Below, piece after piece: positions 1 to 8,959 of a stretch of 64,000 nucleotides of DNA. A program made the translations under genes and the position numbers. Every line of letters begins with the position of its first letter. Position 1 is the first letter of the stretch. The notes beneath the pieces are model-generated. The model was not told where the DNA came from. It searched no databases and saw only the letters and a list, made by a program, of their open reading frames with translations. The stretch lies in NCBI GenBank assembly GCA_049317025.1, contig JBMOJD010000002.1:20926-84925 (forward strand), read 5' to 3'. The DNA comes from Fimbriimonas sp. (lineage in GTDB: Bacteria > Armatimonadota > Fimbriimonadia > Fimbriimonadales > Fimbriimonadaceae).

Positions 1-110
1 AGGGAAGTGATTTCCACCGCAATTCGGTCCGATAGAATCATCGAACCCAGCACGCTCATCTCCGCTTCGAGATTATTGAGCGGCGTTAACTCATCGGCAT
101 CAATTCGCAT
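1..110 (-). CDS. dnaB: Replicative DNA helicase DnaB, N-terminal fragment (continues beyond window start)
   Basis: Manual minus-strand translation from ATG (plus-strand cat at 108-110) gives MRIDADELTPLNNLEAEMSVLGSMILSDRIAVEITS. This matches the conserved DnaB N-terminal N-x-EAE-x-SVLGS motif. The ORF has no stop in the window, so it is absent from the ORF track. Confidence 0.6.
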   Translation of the reverse strand, partial: MRIDADELTPLNNLEAEMSVLGSMILSDRIAVEITS

Positions 111-115
111 CGAGC

Positions 116-1594
116 CTATTCGCCTTCGGCCGTGCTCCAGGGCGACGAGTAGTTCGGTGGTTCCTTGGTGATCTGGACATCATGCGGGTGACTTTCGCGC
201 AAGCCCGCATTCGTGATCTTCATGAACTCAGCATTTGTGCGCAGGTCAAGAAGACTTTGGGCACCGACGTAGCCCATGCCCGACCGCAGACCGCCGATGA
301 GCTGGTTCATGGTGTCGTTGAGGGCGCCCTTGAATGGCACCCGACCCTCGACGCCTTCGGGAACAATCACGCCCCCAGCCTCTTTGACTTGCATATATCG
401 GTCGCTGGAGCCGGTCTTCATTGCCCCCATCGAGCCCATGCCGCGATAGACCTTATAGGCGCGATTGCGGAAGATCTCAAGTTCGCCAGGCGACTCCTCG
501 CAGCCGGCAAACATGTTGCCCATCATGACCGAACTTGCGCCTGCGGCCAGACACTTGACCACGTCGCCGGAGGAGCGGATGCCGCCATCGGCAATGGTGG
601 GCACGCCGAGTTCATTTGCCACGCTACAACATTCCAAGACGGCGGTGAACTGGGGCACACCAACACCCGCGACCACTCGTGTGGTGCAGATGGAGCCCGC
701 ACCGATTCCGATCCGGAGGCCATCGGCCCCGAGCTCGGCCAAGGCCCGAACCGCGGCCTTGGTCGCCACGTTCCCGGCGATGACCTTGAGGTCGGGGAGA
801 CGCTGTTTCAGCATCTTGAGGCATTCCATGACGCCCTTGGAGTGGCCATGGGCTGCATCAATCACGATGAAATCGGCCCCGGTATCGCTGAGCGCTTTGG
901 CCCTTTCGTAGGGTTGCCGCAGTGCACCGATGGCGGCACCGACAATCAGGCGGCCCTTTTCGTCCTTGGTGGCGTAAGGGTGGCGCTGCACCTTCAGGAT
1001 GTCCTTGATGGTGATGAGACCTTTAAGGCGGCCTTCGGAGTCCACGATGGGGAGTTTCTCGATTCGGTGCTCGGCAAGCATGGCTTGCGCTTGCTCGAGG
1101 GTGGTGCCTACAGGGGCGGTGACGAGGTTCTTGGTCGTCATGCGGTCGGAAACGAGCTTGGTGTAGTCCGTTTCAAACCGAATGTCGCGATTGGTGAGGA
1201 TGCCGACAAGAGTGCCAGCTTCGTCGACGATGGGCACGCCGGAAATGTGGAAATGCTCCATCAGATTCACGGCATCTTGGATCGTCTTTTCCGGACCAAG
1301 TTTGAACGGGTTGGTGATGACGCCACTTTCGGATCGCTTGACGCGGTCCACGTGTTCGACCTGTTGGTCGATGGTCATGTTGCGATGCAGAACTCCGACC
1401 CCACCCTCGCGGGCGATGGCAACCGCCATTCGGGCGTCGGTCACGGTGTCCATAGGAGCGGACACGATGGGATACTTCAGGGTGATGCCCTTCAAAAACT
1501 CGGTTGACGTTTCAACTTCGCTGGGGAGGACAAGGGTTTCGCTGGGTATGAGTAGGATATCGTCGAAGCTAAGGCCTTCTCGAAAAGCCGACAT
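116..1594 (-). CDS. guaB: Inosine-5'-monophosphate dehydrogenase
   Basis: 492 aa. N-terminal FDDILLIPS, tandem CBS region, catalytic loop IGIGAGSICTTR and C-terminal GGLRSGMGYVGA. AAGGAG Shine-Dalgarno upstream of the ATG. Confidence 0.95.
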   Translation of the reverse strand: MSAFREGLSFDDILLIPSETLVLPSEVETSTEFLKGITLKYPIVSAPMDTVTDARMAVAIAREGGVGVLHRNMTIDQQVEHVDRVKRSESGVITNPFKLGPEKTIQDAVNLMEHFHISGVPIVDEAGTLVGILTNRDIRFETDYTKLVSDRMTTKNLVTAPVGTTLEQAQAMLAEHRIEKLPIVDSEGRLKGLITIKDILKVQRHPYATKDEKGRLIVGAAIGALRQPYERAKALSDTGADFIVIDAAHGHSKGVMECLKMLKQRLPDLKVIAGNVATKAAVRALAELGADGLRIGIGAGSICTTRVVAGVGVPQFTAVLECCSVANELGVPTIADGGIRSSGDVVKCLAAGASSVMMGNMFAGCEESPGELEIFRNRAYKVYRGMGSMGAMKTGSSDRYMQVKEAGGVIVPEGVEGRVPFKGALNDTMNQLIGGLRSGMGYVGAQSLLDLRTNAEFMKITNAGLRESHPHDVQITKEPPNYSSPWSTAEGE

Positions 1595-1629
1595 GTGGGC
1601 TCCTTGCTTTTCGTTTGATTATGGCACCC

Positions 1630-2220
1630 TCAGGCCTCCATTCGCGCCCTCAGGCGGTCTCGAATCGCGGGCCATTCGCTGGGAAGGATCGAATACATGA
1701 CCGTGTCGCGAAGAAACCCATCGGGCATGATGCGGTGGTTTCGTAGAACTCCTTCCTTTTGTGCCCCTAACTTTTCGATGGCCCTTTGGCTCTGGAAATT
1801 TCTTGCATCGGTCTTCAGTTGAACGCGATTGACCTCCAGAGTTTCGAACGCATATTCGAGCATCAGGAACTTCGCGGTGGGGTTGACGAAAGTGCCTTGG
1901 TGAGCCGCGCTGATCCAGGTTGCTCCAACTTCGAGGTAGCGATGGGCCTCGGAGATGTCCATGTATGTCGAGACTCCGATGGCCTCTCCCGACTCGGGTA
2001 GGACCATCGCGAAGGGCACGTTTCGGTCGGCAAGCGTTCGCCGGATGTAGTCCAAGAAGCCAGCTTCCCCATCTTCATCCGGCAGGTTGCCGACGTGGAA
2101 CTTCAGCAATTCAAGCGAACCGTGCCGGGCCAAGTCTGGGGCATGTGCTTCCGTAAGAGGGACCAGCTTGAGGCGTTCGGTGCTGAGGGTGACAGGAGCA
2201 AAGTAGCTCGGGCGGGGCAT
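1630..2220 (-). CDS. GNAT family N-acetyltransferase (RimJ/RimL-like)
   Basis: 196 aa. Acetyl-CoA binding region VNRVQLKTDARNFQSQRAIEKLGAQKEGVLRNH is typical of RimJ/RimL-type GNATs. Confidence 0.8.
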   Translation of the reverse strand: MPRPSYFAPVTLSTERLKLVPLTEAHAPDLARHGSLELLKFHVGNLPDEDGEAGFLDYIRRTLADRNVPFAMVLPESGEAIGVSTYMDISEAHRYLEVGATWISAAHQGTFVNPTAKFLMLEYAFETLEVNRVQLKTDARNFQSQRAIEKLGAQKEGVLRNHRIMPDGFLRDTVMYSILPSEWPAIRDRLRARMEA

Positions 2221-2226
2221 CTAAAG

Positions 2227-2232
2227 ATTTTG
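2227..2232 (-). promoter_or_regulatory. Candidate -10 box (CAAAAT on minus strand), 6 nt upstream of GNAT ATG (leaderless-type arrangement)
   Basis: Minus strand reads GGCCAAAATCTTTAG-ATG. There is no purine-rich SD between the hexamer and the start. Confidence 0.25.
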
Positions 2233-2274
2233 GCCCATTTGGAGCGGGCGGTTCGGGCAAGGTTTCTCCAATCG

Positions 2275-2283
2275 TGATATTCT
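2275..2283 (+). promoter_or_regulatory. Candidate extended -10 (TGaTATTCT), 6 nt upstream of ATG 2290 (leaderless-type arrangement)
   Basis: Sequence tgatattct-gggcgt-ATG with no SD. Confidence 0.4.
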
Positions 2284-2289
2284 GGGCGT

Positions 2290-2832
2290 ATGAAATTTGC
2301 TCCGATGCTCGCATTGCTCATGGTTGCTTCCGTGTCCTCGGCAAGTCCGCAGGCATCGCAGAAGTCTGCCGCTGACCTCCTGAAGGCGGCTCAAGTCAAG
2401 GCCGCCAAAGAAGGCAAGGTCGTGTTTGTCTCGTTCCACGCCTCTTGGTGCGGTTGGTGCAAGCGTCTGGACGCGTTCATTTCCAATCCCGTCGCGAAGC
2501 CGATCCTGGAAAAAGGATTCGTGTTTGTTTCCTTGGACGTTTTGGAGAACAAGGGCAAGGAGAATCTGGAAACGCCAGGCGGCCTTGAGGTGCTGAAGTC
2601 CGTGAAGGGTGAAGAAGAAGGGCTGCCTTTCAGTGTGATCTACTCGGCCAAGGGCGTTCCCCTGATCGATTCACGCAAGACGCCGGGCAAGGCTGGTTCA
2701 AATATCGGCTATCCTGCGGCTCCGGATGAGATTGCCCACTTCCTGAAGATGCTGGAGACGGCTCCGAAGATCACACCGGCGGATCGGGCCACGCTGAAGG
2801 ATTGGCTTGTGAAGAACGCGCCGAAGAACTAG
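2290..2832 (+). CDS. Secreted thioredoxin-fold protein (thioredoxin_7/DUF255-like), intact CxxC
   Basis: 180 aa. Signal peptide MKFAPMLALLMVASVSSASP and redox motif SFHASWCGWCKRLD. Confidence 0.7.
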   Translation: MKFAPMLALLMVASVSSASPQASQKSAADLLKAAQVKAAKEGKVVFVSFHASWCGWCKRLDAFISNPVAKPILEKGFVFVSLDVLENKGKENLETPGGLEVLKSVKGEEEGLPFSVIYSAKGVPLIDSRKTPGKAGSNIGYPAAPDEIAHFLKMLETAPKITPADRATLKDWLVKNAPKN

Positions 2833-2916
2833 GTGCACTTGTTCCTTTCTGACGAACGGGCATAGCGTTCAACCTTATCCCCTGCGCAAAAGCACAAGGT
2901 AAGGGAACCGGACTTG

Positions 2917-3858
2917 CTATTGTTTGCGAAGCAGATTCAGCACGGACCAGTCGGGGACGCGAAGACCGGCTTCGCCGGTGAAGATTCCGAATGGACCCGT
3001 GTAACCCCCGAGCATCCACGGAATCTCGTTCTTTTGTAGGGCCTGTACTGTGTCGCCAAGGTATGCATTTCTTGCGCCAGGTTCGGCGAAGGTGCGGCTC
3101 GCCCCGACCCAACTGCACATGACCCTGGCGCGGCGTTCGCTCGCCCAACGCGCGACGGTCCGGAATCGGCGATCGAGGGTCTCGGCGTTCCATCGCTCAT
3201 CCCCAAAAGACTTTAGAAGCTTGCGGGCGTCGATATTGGCGACGTCGAAGAGCAGGGGCGAGACCACGCGAGGGGTGCTTGGGTAGGGCAGGTTCTTTAG
3301 GAACTTCGTCAAGGGGTTCTTCGATTCGATCCCTTGATGGGTGAACGCAAGGGGCTCGTCGAAACGAAAAGCCAGGACGACATTGGAGTCCTGGGTGGGC
3401 GGAGAGGCCATGAGGTCCTCTGAAGTCGGGAACTCGATGACAATGGTGTGGCGGGGAAGACCGGGGCGGAGTTCTTTGACCCAATCGATGGTGGCTCGCG
3501 GGGCGGGAGCAAAAGCTACCTCGCGCTCGCCGAGCCGACCCATCACGTTGGCCAATCGTGCCCACAGTGCACGGGCATCGTCGTCGCTCCCTTCCGGCTT
3601 GATCTCGGAAAGCATGACCGTGAGGCTCGCGCGAGTGGCAGCGCGGGCGGTTTCCATTAATTCTTCGGTCACCGAAGGTTTCGCGATCTCTGAAACGGCA
3701 AACTTCAGGCGAACTGTTCGGAAGCCTAAGGAATAGAGCTGCTCGAAGTCCGTCGCCTTCATCGCATCGCCAGCCGAGGTGACGTCGATGGTGATGCCAC
3801 GCTCAAGGCTTGGTGGAGCATTCAGAAGGGCAAAGGCGGCAACCAGGGCAACGACCAT
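2917..3858 (-). CDS. Hypothetical exported protein, weak GH5-like (beta/alpha)8 resemblance
   Basis: 313 aa with a hydrophobic N-terminus. LAFRFDEPLAFTHQG resembles the GH5 FHxYxPxxFTHQG strand. Start overlaps the upstream gene's stop (TGATG). Family call is from memory of motifs only. Confidence 0.4.
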   Translation of the reverse strand: MVVALVAAFALLNAPPSLERGITIDVTSAGDAMKATDFEQLYSLGFRTVRLKFAVSEIAKPSVTEELMETARAATRASLTVMLSEIKPEGSDDDARALWARLANVMGRLGEREVAFAPAPRATIDWVKELRPGLPRHTIVIEFPTSEDLMASPPTQDSNVVLAFRFDEPLAFTHQGIESKNPLTKFLKNLPYPSTPRVVSPLLFDVANIDARKLLKSFGDERWNAETLDRRFRTVARWASERRARVMCSWVGASRTFAEPGARNAYLGDTVQALQKNEIPWMLGGYTGPFGIFTGEAGLRVPDWSVLNLLRKQ

Positions 3859-4736
3859 CAGAACCTAACCCGGAGGCTCAGATTCACATCGTAAAGCGAG
3901 GAACCGCGCAGCCGCACCATGGGTACGAAGTTGACGTTCTTGTCCAGGGGCATGGTTCCCTCGACGCGCAGGAGGTCGCGTTTCGGGGCCGATGCCCGCG
4001 AGAGGCCCACGACCCAACCATTGTTCGGGTTCCGAAAGACCCGGTAGCGGAGGTCGATGATGTCGTTGCTGAGATCGTCATCAGTCATACCTTCTCGCAA
4101 GAACACGGCCTCAAGTTTGATTTTCCCCGGCCCGAGCTGCTGCTCATGGGAAGCACCGTAGACGCGGCGGAAGCCGCGCCCACGTCCGGGGGCTTCGTTC
4201 GGAAGACGAATGATATTGAAACTGGTCGCTTGGGCACCAAAGTTGCGACCCACGGCGGCACTCACATTCGTTCGGTTCCCGAACCGAGCGACCGCCCCGG
4301 TCGCTCGTCCACTTCGCGCATCACAAATGGCTAGCGCGAGGGGGATGGCCTCCAGCACCGTGTTGGTATCGCCCCGGACTGCCATGGCAGTGTCGCGGAA
4401 GATTTCGCCGCTCCCAAAGGGCAGGAACTGCTTGCCCGCCCGCCAGATGCCCTGGTCCTCAACATACAACTCGTCAAACGAATCCACATCCCCCGTACCT
4501 GGTAGGGCCTCCAAGCGCTGGGAGACATACGCATTCAGGCCTGGCTCCAGCCGGAAGGTCAGAGCGAAGACGCTTGTCCGGCCCAGCAAATCGTAGAGAC
4601 GAAGCGAGCTCTTTCCCTGGTTTTCGAGCCGATAATCGATGCGCAGATCAAGGCGAAAGCGCACATCGGGGGCTTGGGCGCAGGCGACCCCCGGAAGACC
4701 AACTGCCGCCAGAAAGGCCAAATGGCCAAGCCTCAC
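3858..4736 (-). CDS. Putative outer-membrane beta-barrel protein
   Basis: 292 aa. Signal peptide ending GVACAQA, amphipathic beta-strand pattern, and C-terminal LSLRVRF with the terminal Phe typical of BAM substrates. GTG start overlaps the hisS stop (GTGA). Confidence 0.5.
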   Translation of the reverse strand: MRLGHLAFLAAVGLPGVACAQAPDVRFRLDLRIDYRLENQGKSSLRLYDLLGRTSVFALTFRLEPGLNAYVSQRLEALPGTGDVDSFDELYVEDQGIWRAGKQFLPFGSGEIFRDTAMAVRGDTNTVLEAIPLALAICDARSGRATGAVARFGNRTNVSAAVGRNFGAQATSFNIIRLPNEAPGRGRGFRRVYGASHEQQLGPGKIKLEAVFLREGMTDDDLSNDIIDLRYRVFRNPNNGWVVGLSRASAPKRDLLRVEGTMPLDKNVNFVPMVRLRGSSLYDVNLSLRVRF

Positions 4737-5986
4737 AGCCTAGCCCTGACCTCTGACAACACGGAAGCAAGCGGGACGGCGCCCTGCTCGCCCGTGGCGA
4801 GGGAGCGCAGGGTGGCGGTGCCCGCCGACACCTCGTCATCACCGACAAAAATGGCCAATGATGCACCGCTCTTGTCGGCTTGGCGCAGTTGCGACTTCAC
4901 GCTGCGGGCCTCGATGTCGTCCTGAGTAGCGATTCCGGCCGCGCGCAGTTCGCGGGCGATGCCAATCGCCACGTCCGAACCTCCACCGGTGCCGACCACA
5001 AAGACCTGGGGCTTGGGTTCGGCTGGGTTCTTGCCGAGGCTATCGAGGACGATGAGGGCGCGTTCGACTCCCATTCCGACGCCCACGCTGGGCATCTCGG
5101 GGCCGCCAAGTTCCTTAATCAGGTGGTCGTAGCGTCCGCCGCCACACAAGGCGCTCTGGGAGCCAAGCCGAGTGGAGAGGACCTCGAAAACGGTCTCCGT
5201 GTAGTAGTCCAGGCCGCGTACGATTTCAGGAGAGACCTCGAAGGGGACGTTGCCGTCGGTGAGGAGTTGCTGCAGCCGGTCAAACCGCGCGCGCGAGTCG
5301 TCTTCCAAGTAGTCGAGAACCTTGGGCGCGTCGCGCAGGGCGGCCTGGAGGGCCTCGTCTTTGCTGTCGAGAATCCGCAAGGGGTTCAGCTCAAACTTGG
5401 CCCGGGCCTCCTCGGTTTGGTCGGCCAGCAGAGGGCGAGCGAACTCGAGCAGCGCCTCGCGGTAGCGCGCGCGGCATTTGGTTCGTCCGAGCGAGTTCAG
5501 CGAGACCTTCACATCCTCAATCCCAATTTGCTGGTAGAAGCGGACGGTCAGCTCGATCACTTCGGCATCGGCGCGGGGGTTGGTGCTGCCAATGAGCTCA
5601 AAGCCAAACTGGTGGGCTTCGCGAAGGCGGCCCTTTTGTGGGCGTTCGTATCGGAAGATGGGCGTCACATACGAAATCCGGCTGAGGTTTCCTTGAGTCA
5701 GCAGGCCCGCCTCGACCATGGCCCGGATAGCGGGCGCGGTGCCCTCGGGCTTCAGGGCAACATCGCGGTCGCCTCGGTCGCGGAAGGCATAAATCTGCTT
5801 GGTGACGATATCGCTGGTCTCGCCGCTGGTCCTAATGAAGAGGTCGGCGTCCTCAAAGGTCGGGGTGCGAATTTCCTGATATCCGTACAGCCTGACCAAA
5901 CGTCGAAATTCGTTCTCCAACCAAATCCAGCGAAAGCTATCGGCAGGAAGAACGTCCTCGGTGCCCCTCGGGGCCTGGTAGCGCAT
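4733..5986 (-). CDS. hisS: Histidine--tRNA ligase
   Basis: 417 aa. Class II HisRS N-terminus MRYQAPRGTEDVLP, motif 2 region FRYERPQKGRLREAHQFG, and a C-terminal anticodon-binding domain. Confidence 0.95.
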   Translation of the reverse strand: MRYQAPRGTEDVLPADSFRWIWLENEFRRLVRLYGYQEIRTPTFEDADLFIRTSGETSDIVTKQIYAFRDRGDRDVALKPEGTAPAIRAMVEAGLLTQGNLSRISYVTPIFRYERPQKGRLREAHQFGFELIGSTNPRADAEVIELTVRFYQQIGIEDVKVSLNSLGRTKCRARYREALLEFARPLLADQTEEARAKFELNPLRILDSKDEALQAALRDAPKVLDYLEDDSRARFDRLQQLLTDGNVPFEVSPEIVRGLDYYTETVFEVLSTRLGSQSALCGGGRYDHLIKELGGPEMPSVGVGMGVERALIVLDSLGKNPAEPKPQVFVVGTGGGSDVAIGIARELRAAGIATQDDIEARSVKSQLRQADKSGASLAIFVGDDEVSAGTATLRSLATGEQGAVPLASVLSEVRARL

Positions 5987-5995
5987 AAGGGCTTA

Positions 5996-6001
5996 AGTAT
6001 G
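5996..6001 (-). promoter_or_regulatory. Candidate -10 box (CATACT on minus strand), 9 nt upstream of hisS ATG with no SD
   Basis: Minus strand reads GTCATACTTAAGCCCTT-ATG. Confidence 0.3.
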
Positions 6002-6111
6002 ACGTTTTGAGCGCGATTGGGACGGTAAACTGAACCGCTGTTAGGGCTAATGTTCGGCTTCTGCTACGATAGGGATTGACAGAACCAGCCACGGATGGAC
6101 GGTTTTACTTC

Positions 6112-7401
6112 ATGAGCGCACTAATCATTTCAGGCGGAAAACGCATGGTCGGCGAGGTCGAGGTCGCTGGCAGCAAGAATACAGCCCTCGCCCTGCTCTC
6201 TTCGGTCGTGCTTGCCAATGGCGAGACGATCCTGCACAATGTCCCCTTTGTCTCGGATACCCACCACAAGGCGCGCCTGCTGGAGCGTTTCGGGGCCAAG
6301 GTGCGATGGGAAGGCAATTCTCTCCACATCGACTGCACCGAGGTCATCATCGGCGACGCCGACCCTGAGACAGTGCGGGCGATCCGGACGTCGTTCTACC
6401 TTCTTGGGCCCTTGCTTGCTCGCGTTGGGCATGTCGAACTCCCTTCGCCGGGTGGCTGCAAGATTGGCGCACGGCCCGTCGATTTCCACCTCAAGGGTCT
6501 GGCGGCCTTCGGGGCCGAGGTCGAGCTAAGGGGTGGCGTCTACCACGCCTCCGCTCCTCGCACCCTTCGCGGGGCCGAAATCTATCTTGACTTTCCCAGC
6601 CAGGGCGCGACGCAGCACCTGATGGCGACGGCGGCCATGATCGAGGGTCACAGCGTGATTCACAATGCTGCGCTGGAGCCGGAAGTCCAATATCTCGCTT
6701 CTTTCCTGAACAAAATGGGGGCCAAGATCGAAGGTGCCGGGACGAACACGATCACGATCGAAGGCGTGACCAGCCTCCGGCCGGTCGAGTATCGGGTGCC
6801 CGCCGACCGACTTCAGGCCGGGACCTATATGCTCGCCGGTGCCATCACGAAAGGCGATGTCACCGTGCGCGGCATCCTCCCCGAGCACCAGACGGCCGTC
6901 ATCAGCAAGCTCCGCGAAGCGGGGGCGACCCTCGAAGAGGGCCACGACTGGATTCGCGTCCGGGCGGATGAGCGGCTTCGCGGTGTCGATATCCGAACGA
7001 TGCCCTATCCAGGATTCCCGACCGACATGCAGCAGCCGATGGCCGCGCTCCTTTCTGTCGCTGACGGTACGAGCATGCTCGAAGAAACCATTTACGAGAG
7101 CCGAATAGGCCACGTTCAGGAGCTGAACCGCATGGGGGCCAATCTGAAGGTCTCCGGCGCTAGCACCATCGTGAACGGAGTAGAAGGGCTTCAGGGGGCC
7201 GAAGTGATCGCGAGTGACTTGCGGGCCGGTGCGGCCCTTGTCCTTGCGGGTCTGGCCGCCGAAGGCGAAACCATTGTGCGCAATATTCATTTCATCGACC
7301 GTGGCTACGAGCGGCTAGAATCCACCCTCACCTCGCTTGGCGCCGACATCCGACGCGAAGACAATGCCGCCACGTCCCGCCTCAGCGAGAACAACCTTTG
7401 A
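6112..7401 (+). CDS. murA: UDP-N-acetylglucosamine 1-carboxyvinyltransferase
   Basis: MurA/EPSP-synthase fold with AGSKNTALALL near the N-terminus. The ORF track starts at TTG 6076. The in-frame ATG at 6112 (MSALIISGGKR) gives the canonical N-terminus, so the start is uncertain by 12 codons. Confidence 0.92.
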   Translation: MSALIISGGKRMVGEVEVAGSKNTALALLSSVVLANGETILHNVPFVSDTHHKARLLERFGAKVRWEGNSLHIDCTEVIIGDADPETVRAIRTSFYLLGPLLARVGHVELPSPGGCKIGARPVDFHLKGLAAFGAEVELRGGVYHASAPRTLRGAEIYLDFPSQGATQHLMATAAMIEGHSVIHNAALEPEVQYLASFLNKMGAKIEGAGTNTITIEGVTSLRPVEYRVPADRLQAGTYMLAGAITKGDVTVRGILPEHQTAVISKLREAGATLEEGHDWIRVRADERLRGVDIRTMPYPGFPTDMQQPMAALLSVADGTSMLEETIYESRIGHVQELNRMGANLKVSGASTIVNGVEGLQGAEVIASDLRAGAALVLAGLAAEGETIVRNIHFIDRGYERLESTLTSLGADIRREDNAATSRLSENNL

Positions 7402-8408
7402 GACTCGTCCCCGAAATCGGCATCGACCTGGGCACCGCCAATATCCTCGTTTACCGGCGCGGTAAGGGCATCGTTCTGAATGAGCCCACGGTGGTCGCCA
7501 TTGGGGCAAATGGCCGCGTTCTCGCCGTTGGCAATGAAGCCCGCGACATGCTCGGGCGCACGCCCGGCAACATCACCGCGATCAAGCCGCTGAAAGATGG
7601 CGTGATCGCGGATTACACCACAACGTTGAAGATGATCCAGTACATCTTCGACAAAACGTGTGGCACGCACCGTTTCTTGAAACCGACCGCGCTTGTATGC
7701 GTCCCGAGTGGTGTCACGAACGTCGAGCGTCGCGCCGTGGTCCAAGCGGCCCGCGAAGCGGGAGCGGGATTGGCGATGACCATCGAAGAGCCGATGGCGG
7801 CCGCCATCGGCGCCGGGCTGCCGATTTCTTCTCCGGGCGGCAACATGGTCGTCGATATTGGCGGCGGCACGACCGATATTGCCGTGATATCGCTGGGCGG
7901 CATTGTGCTTTCGCAGAGCCTGCGGGTGGGCGGAAACAAGATGGATGAGGCGATTATTCGCCACATTCGCAATGTCCACAACCTAATGATCGGAGAACCA
8001 ACAGCCGAAGAGATCAAGATCAAGATTGGCTCGGCGTCGAAGTTGCCGCAGCCGTTGCGCATGGAGATTCGCGGCCGCGACCTCGTGCAGGGCTTGCCCA
8101 AGACCATCGAGATCACGAGCGACGAGATCTGTGAGGCGCTCACCGAGCCCCTGCGACAAATCGCGGAAAAGCTCTGCACCGTACTTGAAACCACGCCGCC
8201 AGAATTGAGCAGCGACGTTATCGAGCGGGGCATCACAATGACTGGCGGCGGGGCACTCTTGCGCGGCCTGGACAAGATGCTGAACGAAAAGACCGACATC
8301 ACCATCCGGGTTGCCGACAATGCCCTGAACTGCGTGGCGATTGGGACGGGCCGAGCACTGGAAGAACTGGACGCAATCCGGGACAGTGGCGCTATTTCAT
8401 CGCTCTGA
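7398..8408 (+). CDS. mreB: Rod shape-determining actin-like protein MreB
   Basis: 336 aa. Phosphate-1 motif IGIDLGTANILVY and phosphate-2 motif VDIGGGTTDIAV. TTG start overlaps the murA stop (TTGA), and no in-frame ATG lies upstream of the IDLGT motif. Confidence 0.93.
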   Translation: MRLVPEIGIDLGTANILVYRRGKGIVLNEPTVVAIGANGRVLAVGNEARDMLGRTPGNITAIKPLKDGVIADYTTTLKMIQYIFDKTCGTHRFLKPTALVCVPSGVTNVERRAVVQAAREAGAGLAMTIEEPMAAAIGAGLPISSPGGNMVVDIGGGTTDIAVISLGGIVLSQSLRVGGNKMDEAIIRHIRNVHNLMIGEPTAEEIKIKIGSASKLPQPLRMEIRGRDLVQGLPKTIEITSDEICEALTEPLRQIAEKLCTVLETTPPELSSDVIERGITMTGGGALLRGLDKMLNEKTDITIRVADNALNCVAIGTGRALEELDAIRDSGAISSL

Positions 8409-8425
8409 TCGCCGATAATAGAACC

Positions 8426-8959
8426 ATGACTTTTCGTTCCATTTTGCTGGCTACGGTGATGATGACCAGCGTCCATGGCTTGGCGCAGCAGCAGCCAGTC
8501 CGGCCGAAGCTGAAGCCGGTCGCCAAGGCAAAAGCGGTCGACACACGCCCGGTGACCCAGCGAGAAGTCCAGAAAGTCATCAAGGAAGCGGCGCGAATCC
8601 TTGGCGAACCGGGCTACAAGCCACTGACTCCCGCTCAGACCAAACCCGTCTCGCGGGACCAGGTGGTGCAAGAACTCAGCCAGCTTTTCCGGACGCTGAA
8701 GCCGAAGTTCAAGACCACTCCGCGCAAGCAGCCGGTGCGGTCCGATGTGCTGAGCGTCTCGCCGAAGCTGCGACCGGACCTGGAGACTCTCATTGCCTGG
8801 GGTTCGGTGGGGCCCTTTGCTCCGCTCGCGACCAACAAAAATTCCACGATGACGCCCGCCGAGTTTGGCGACGCGCTCGGCATGTTTGTGGCCCGGATGG
8901 CCGACCTCACGCATCTGCCGAGCTCGAAATTTACGCCGAGCCTCATGGAAAAAGGCTAG
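8426..8959 (+). CDS. Hypothetical secreted Lys/Pro-rich protein (possible degenerate SLH-like repeats)
   Basis: 177 aa. Signal peptide MTFRSILLATVMMTSVHGLAQ. C-terminal LIAWGSVGPFAPL...MTPAEFGDALGMFVARM loosely resembles an SLH motif. Confidence 0.45.
   Translation: MTFRSILLATVMMTSVHGLAQQQPVRPKLKPVAKAKAVDTRPVTQREVQKVIKEAARILGEPGYKPLTPAQTKPVSRDQVVQELSQLFRTLKPKFKTTPRKQPVRSDVLSVSPKLRPDLETLIAWGSVGPFAPLATNKNSTMTPAEFGDALGMFVARMADLTHLPSSKFTPSLMEKG

Noticed and set aside
182-1507. Long ORFs antisense to confident genes. Examples are 182-1507 opposite guaB, 4880-6010 opposite hisS, 6526-7290 opposite murA, 7613-8914 opposite mreB and 10161-11195 opposite lon. Others are 12916-13914 opposite the MFS gene, 15099-15788, 43465-44625 opposite wecB, 50507-51280 and 60483-61022.
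   Set aside because: Their translations are Arg/Gly/Pro/Ala-rich and low in complexity, with no recognisable motifs. Each fully overlaps a gene that has strong family signatures. This is the expected stop-codon-poor antisense frame in high-GC DNA.
2833-2916. Expected terminator in the 84-nt convergent gap after the thioredoxin-like gene.
   Set aside because: Only short imperfect stems (4-5 bp) are present, with no U-tract, so no terminator is called.
5987-6111. Possible T-box leader upstream of hisS.
   Set aside because: Only 125 nt separate hisS from divergent murA, which is too short for a T-box. No AGGGTGGNACCGCG-like T-box sequence is present on the hisS strand. A -10-like hexamer sits 9 nt from the ATG instead.
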